Below are positions 24,686 through 25,686 of a stretch of DNA of 25,686 nt, one piece after another (position 1 is the stretch's first letter; every line of letters begins with the position of its first letter). The stretch comes from a virus. Taxonomy: Duplodnaviria; Caudoviricetes. The DNA is taken from IMG/VR virus record IMGVR_UViG_3300044708_000022, positions 1-25,686 of that record, one strand, 5' to 3'. The position numbers were made by a program, and so were the translations under genes. Under the pieces are notes generated by a model. The model saw only the letters and a list, made by a program, of their open reading frames with translations. It searched no databases and was not told where the DNA came from.

Positions 24686-24934
24686 CTAGCGCCGGCTGCC
24701 TGATTGGACCCGACGCTGGCGACACTGCTGGGCCACCAACTTCGTGGCGTCGAGAATGCCTTGCATCAGCGCGGGTTGCTCCTGGGCGAGTACGTGCAAG
24801 TCGTCGATGTGTGCGCGGAAGGCCGTCACCAGGGGCACGCCTCGGATCGTCGCTGGCGTGGGACGGGGAATGAGGACCGCGCGCTGCGTATGGGGCAGGA
24901 CGAGATACAAATGCCGATCACGCAGTTTAGACAT
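24686..24934 (-). CDS. Hypothetical protein between repressor and integrase
   Basis: GAGG RBS; stop directly abuts the int ATG. Confidence 0.65.
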   Translation of the reverse strand: MSKLRDRHLYLVLPHTQRAVLIPRPTPATIRGVPLVTAFRAHIDDLHVLAQEQPALMQGILDATKLVAQQCRQRRVQSGSRR

Positions 24935-24962
24935 AGACGACCTCGCCGCTGTCCTGAATGGA

Positions 24963-25517
24963 TCAAGATTTCTTCTTGGCCTGTGGCGCGACCATGGGGA
25001 GGATCGGCGCTTGGGTCGCGGGCGACTGGCCGTCCTTATTCAGCGGGGCCACGATGGTTTCCACGAAGGCGATCTGCGATTCATCGAGGCGGATCAGGTC
25101 GGCCAAGATGAGGGCGAGGCGTTCCCGCTGGTCTTCTGATAAGGCCGCCGTGAGAAACGCCTTCACGGCGTGTTTGACTTCCGCCCCGGCGTGATGAAAG
25201 CGCTGCGCGAGCCGCAAATCCTCCTGCAATAGATCCTTCAAGAGCGGATCTGGAGTCTGGCCCGCTTCCGCATCGTCGGCGAAGAGTTGATCGAGGGTCA
25301 GATCCATCGCCCGGGCGATCCGTTCCCGCTGCTTCTTCCGTGTCTCGCGCAACGCCGCCTCGAAACTTTGGAGACAGCCCACCGAAATCCCGGCCTTGGC
25401 CGCGAATTGGACCTGACTCATCGCGCCGTGCTCCCGGCGCCATGCGATCACCCGTGCGGCCGCCCGGCGATACATCGCCTCATTGTCAACGATCGGCCTG
25501 GGGTCGATCACATGCAC
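24963..25517 (-). CDS. CI-like XRE-family repressor (no S24 peptidase domain)
   Basis: HTH MSQVQFAAKAGISVGCLQSFE...RIARAMDLTLDQL; divergent from cro; GTG 25517 is 7 nt after the predicted -10 (leaderless); alternative ATG 25475. Confidence 0.85.
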   Translation of the reverse strand: MHVIDPRPIVDNEAMYRRAAARVIAWRREHGAMSQVQFAAKAGISVGCLQSFEAALRETRKKQRERIARAMDLTLDQLFADDAEAGQTPDPLLKDLLQEDLRLAQRFHHAGAEVKHAVKAFLTAALSEDQRERLALILADLIRLDESQIAFVETIVAPLNKDGQSPATQAPILPMVAPQAKKKS

Positions 25518-25686
25518 GCCAGCAAGCGTAAATTAACTAGTTGACACAAGTCAACTTAATTGTATATTGTGCCAAAAAGTTAACTATGCTGCTCAAATTG
25601 GCGCGCAAGGTCGCCGGGCTCACCCAGGGAGAGCTAGCCAAACAGGCGGGCGTCACCAAGTCGTTTATTTCGCTGCTCGAGAGCGG
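25461..25686 (+). repeat. Terminal direct repeat, right copy
   Basis: Matches 1-226 with one mismatch. Confidence 0.97.

Larger units (their letters stand above)
1..25460. mobile_element. Complete temperate HK97-fold siphovirus-like phage genome, circular/excised form
   Basis: Window ends overlap by 226 bp; lysogeny, replication, packaging, head and tail modules are present with no host housekeeping genes; attP is uninterrupted. Confidence 0.95.

Noticed and set aside
23318-24703. 461-aa plus-strand ORF
   Set aside because: Antisense shadow of the integrase in high-GC DNA, with no motifs
1-25460. PICI/capsid-forming satellite
   Set aside because: It encodes its own tail module and a lambdoid switch, and lacks a primase-helicase; helper dependence for missing functions remains possible

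Overview
The window is one complete, circularly closed temperate siphovirus-type phage genome with a unit length of 25,460 bp. Bases 1-226 recur at 25461-25686 with a single mismatch. It is high-GC, and attP is intact (3' half of tRNA-Ala(CGC)), so this is the excised or virion form rather than an integrated prophage. The layout is: divergent CI/Cro switch; early operon (Xis-like, replication initiator with internal iterons, Bet recombinase, lipoprotein, DUF1064 nuclease, many tiny ORFs); HNH, cos-like region and TerL; an unannotated ribbon-helix-helix gene; a RelE/ParE-type toxin-antitoxin pair; protease-capsid fusion placed before the portal; neck and tail genes with a -1 frameshift chaperone, tape measure and one large tail-tip/fibre gene; a 2-TM protein; attP; and a tyrosine integrase. 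Four features stand out. (i) The 3' end of the HNH gene is repeated three times and delimits gene cassettes whose last ORFs all carry RKTQR in frame near their C-termini. (ii) No small terminase is recognisable, but TerL has a TerS-like N-terminal stub and is coupled to an RHH gene. (iii) No endolysin, tail terminator, exonuclease, helicase or SSB is recognisable. (iv) Bet appears to carry an OB-fold/SSB-like C-terminus. All family calls are from motif recognition by eye; no searches were run.
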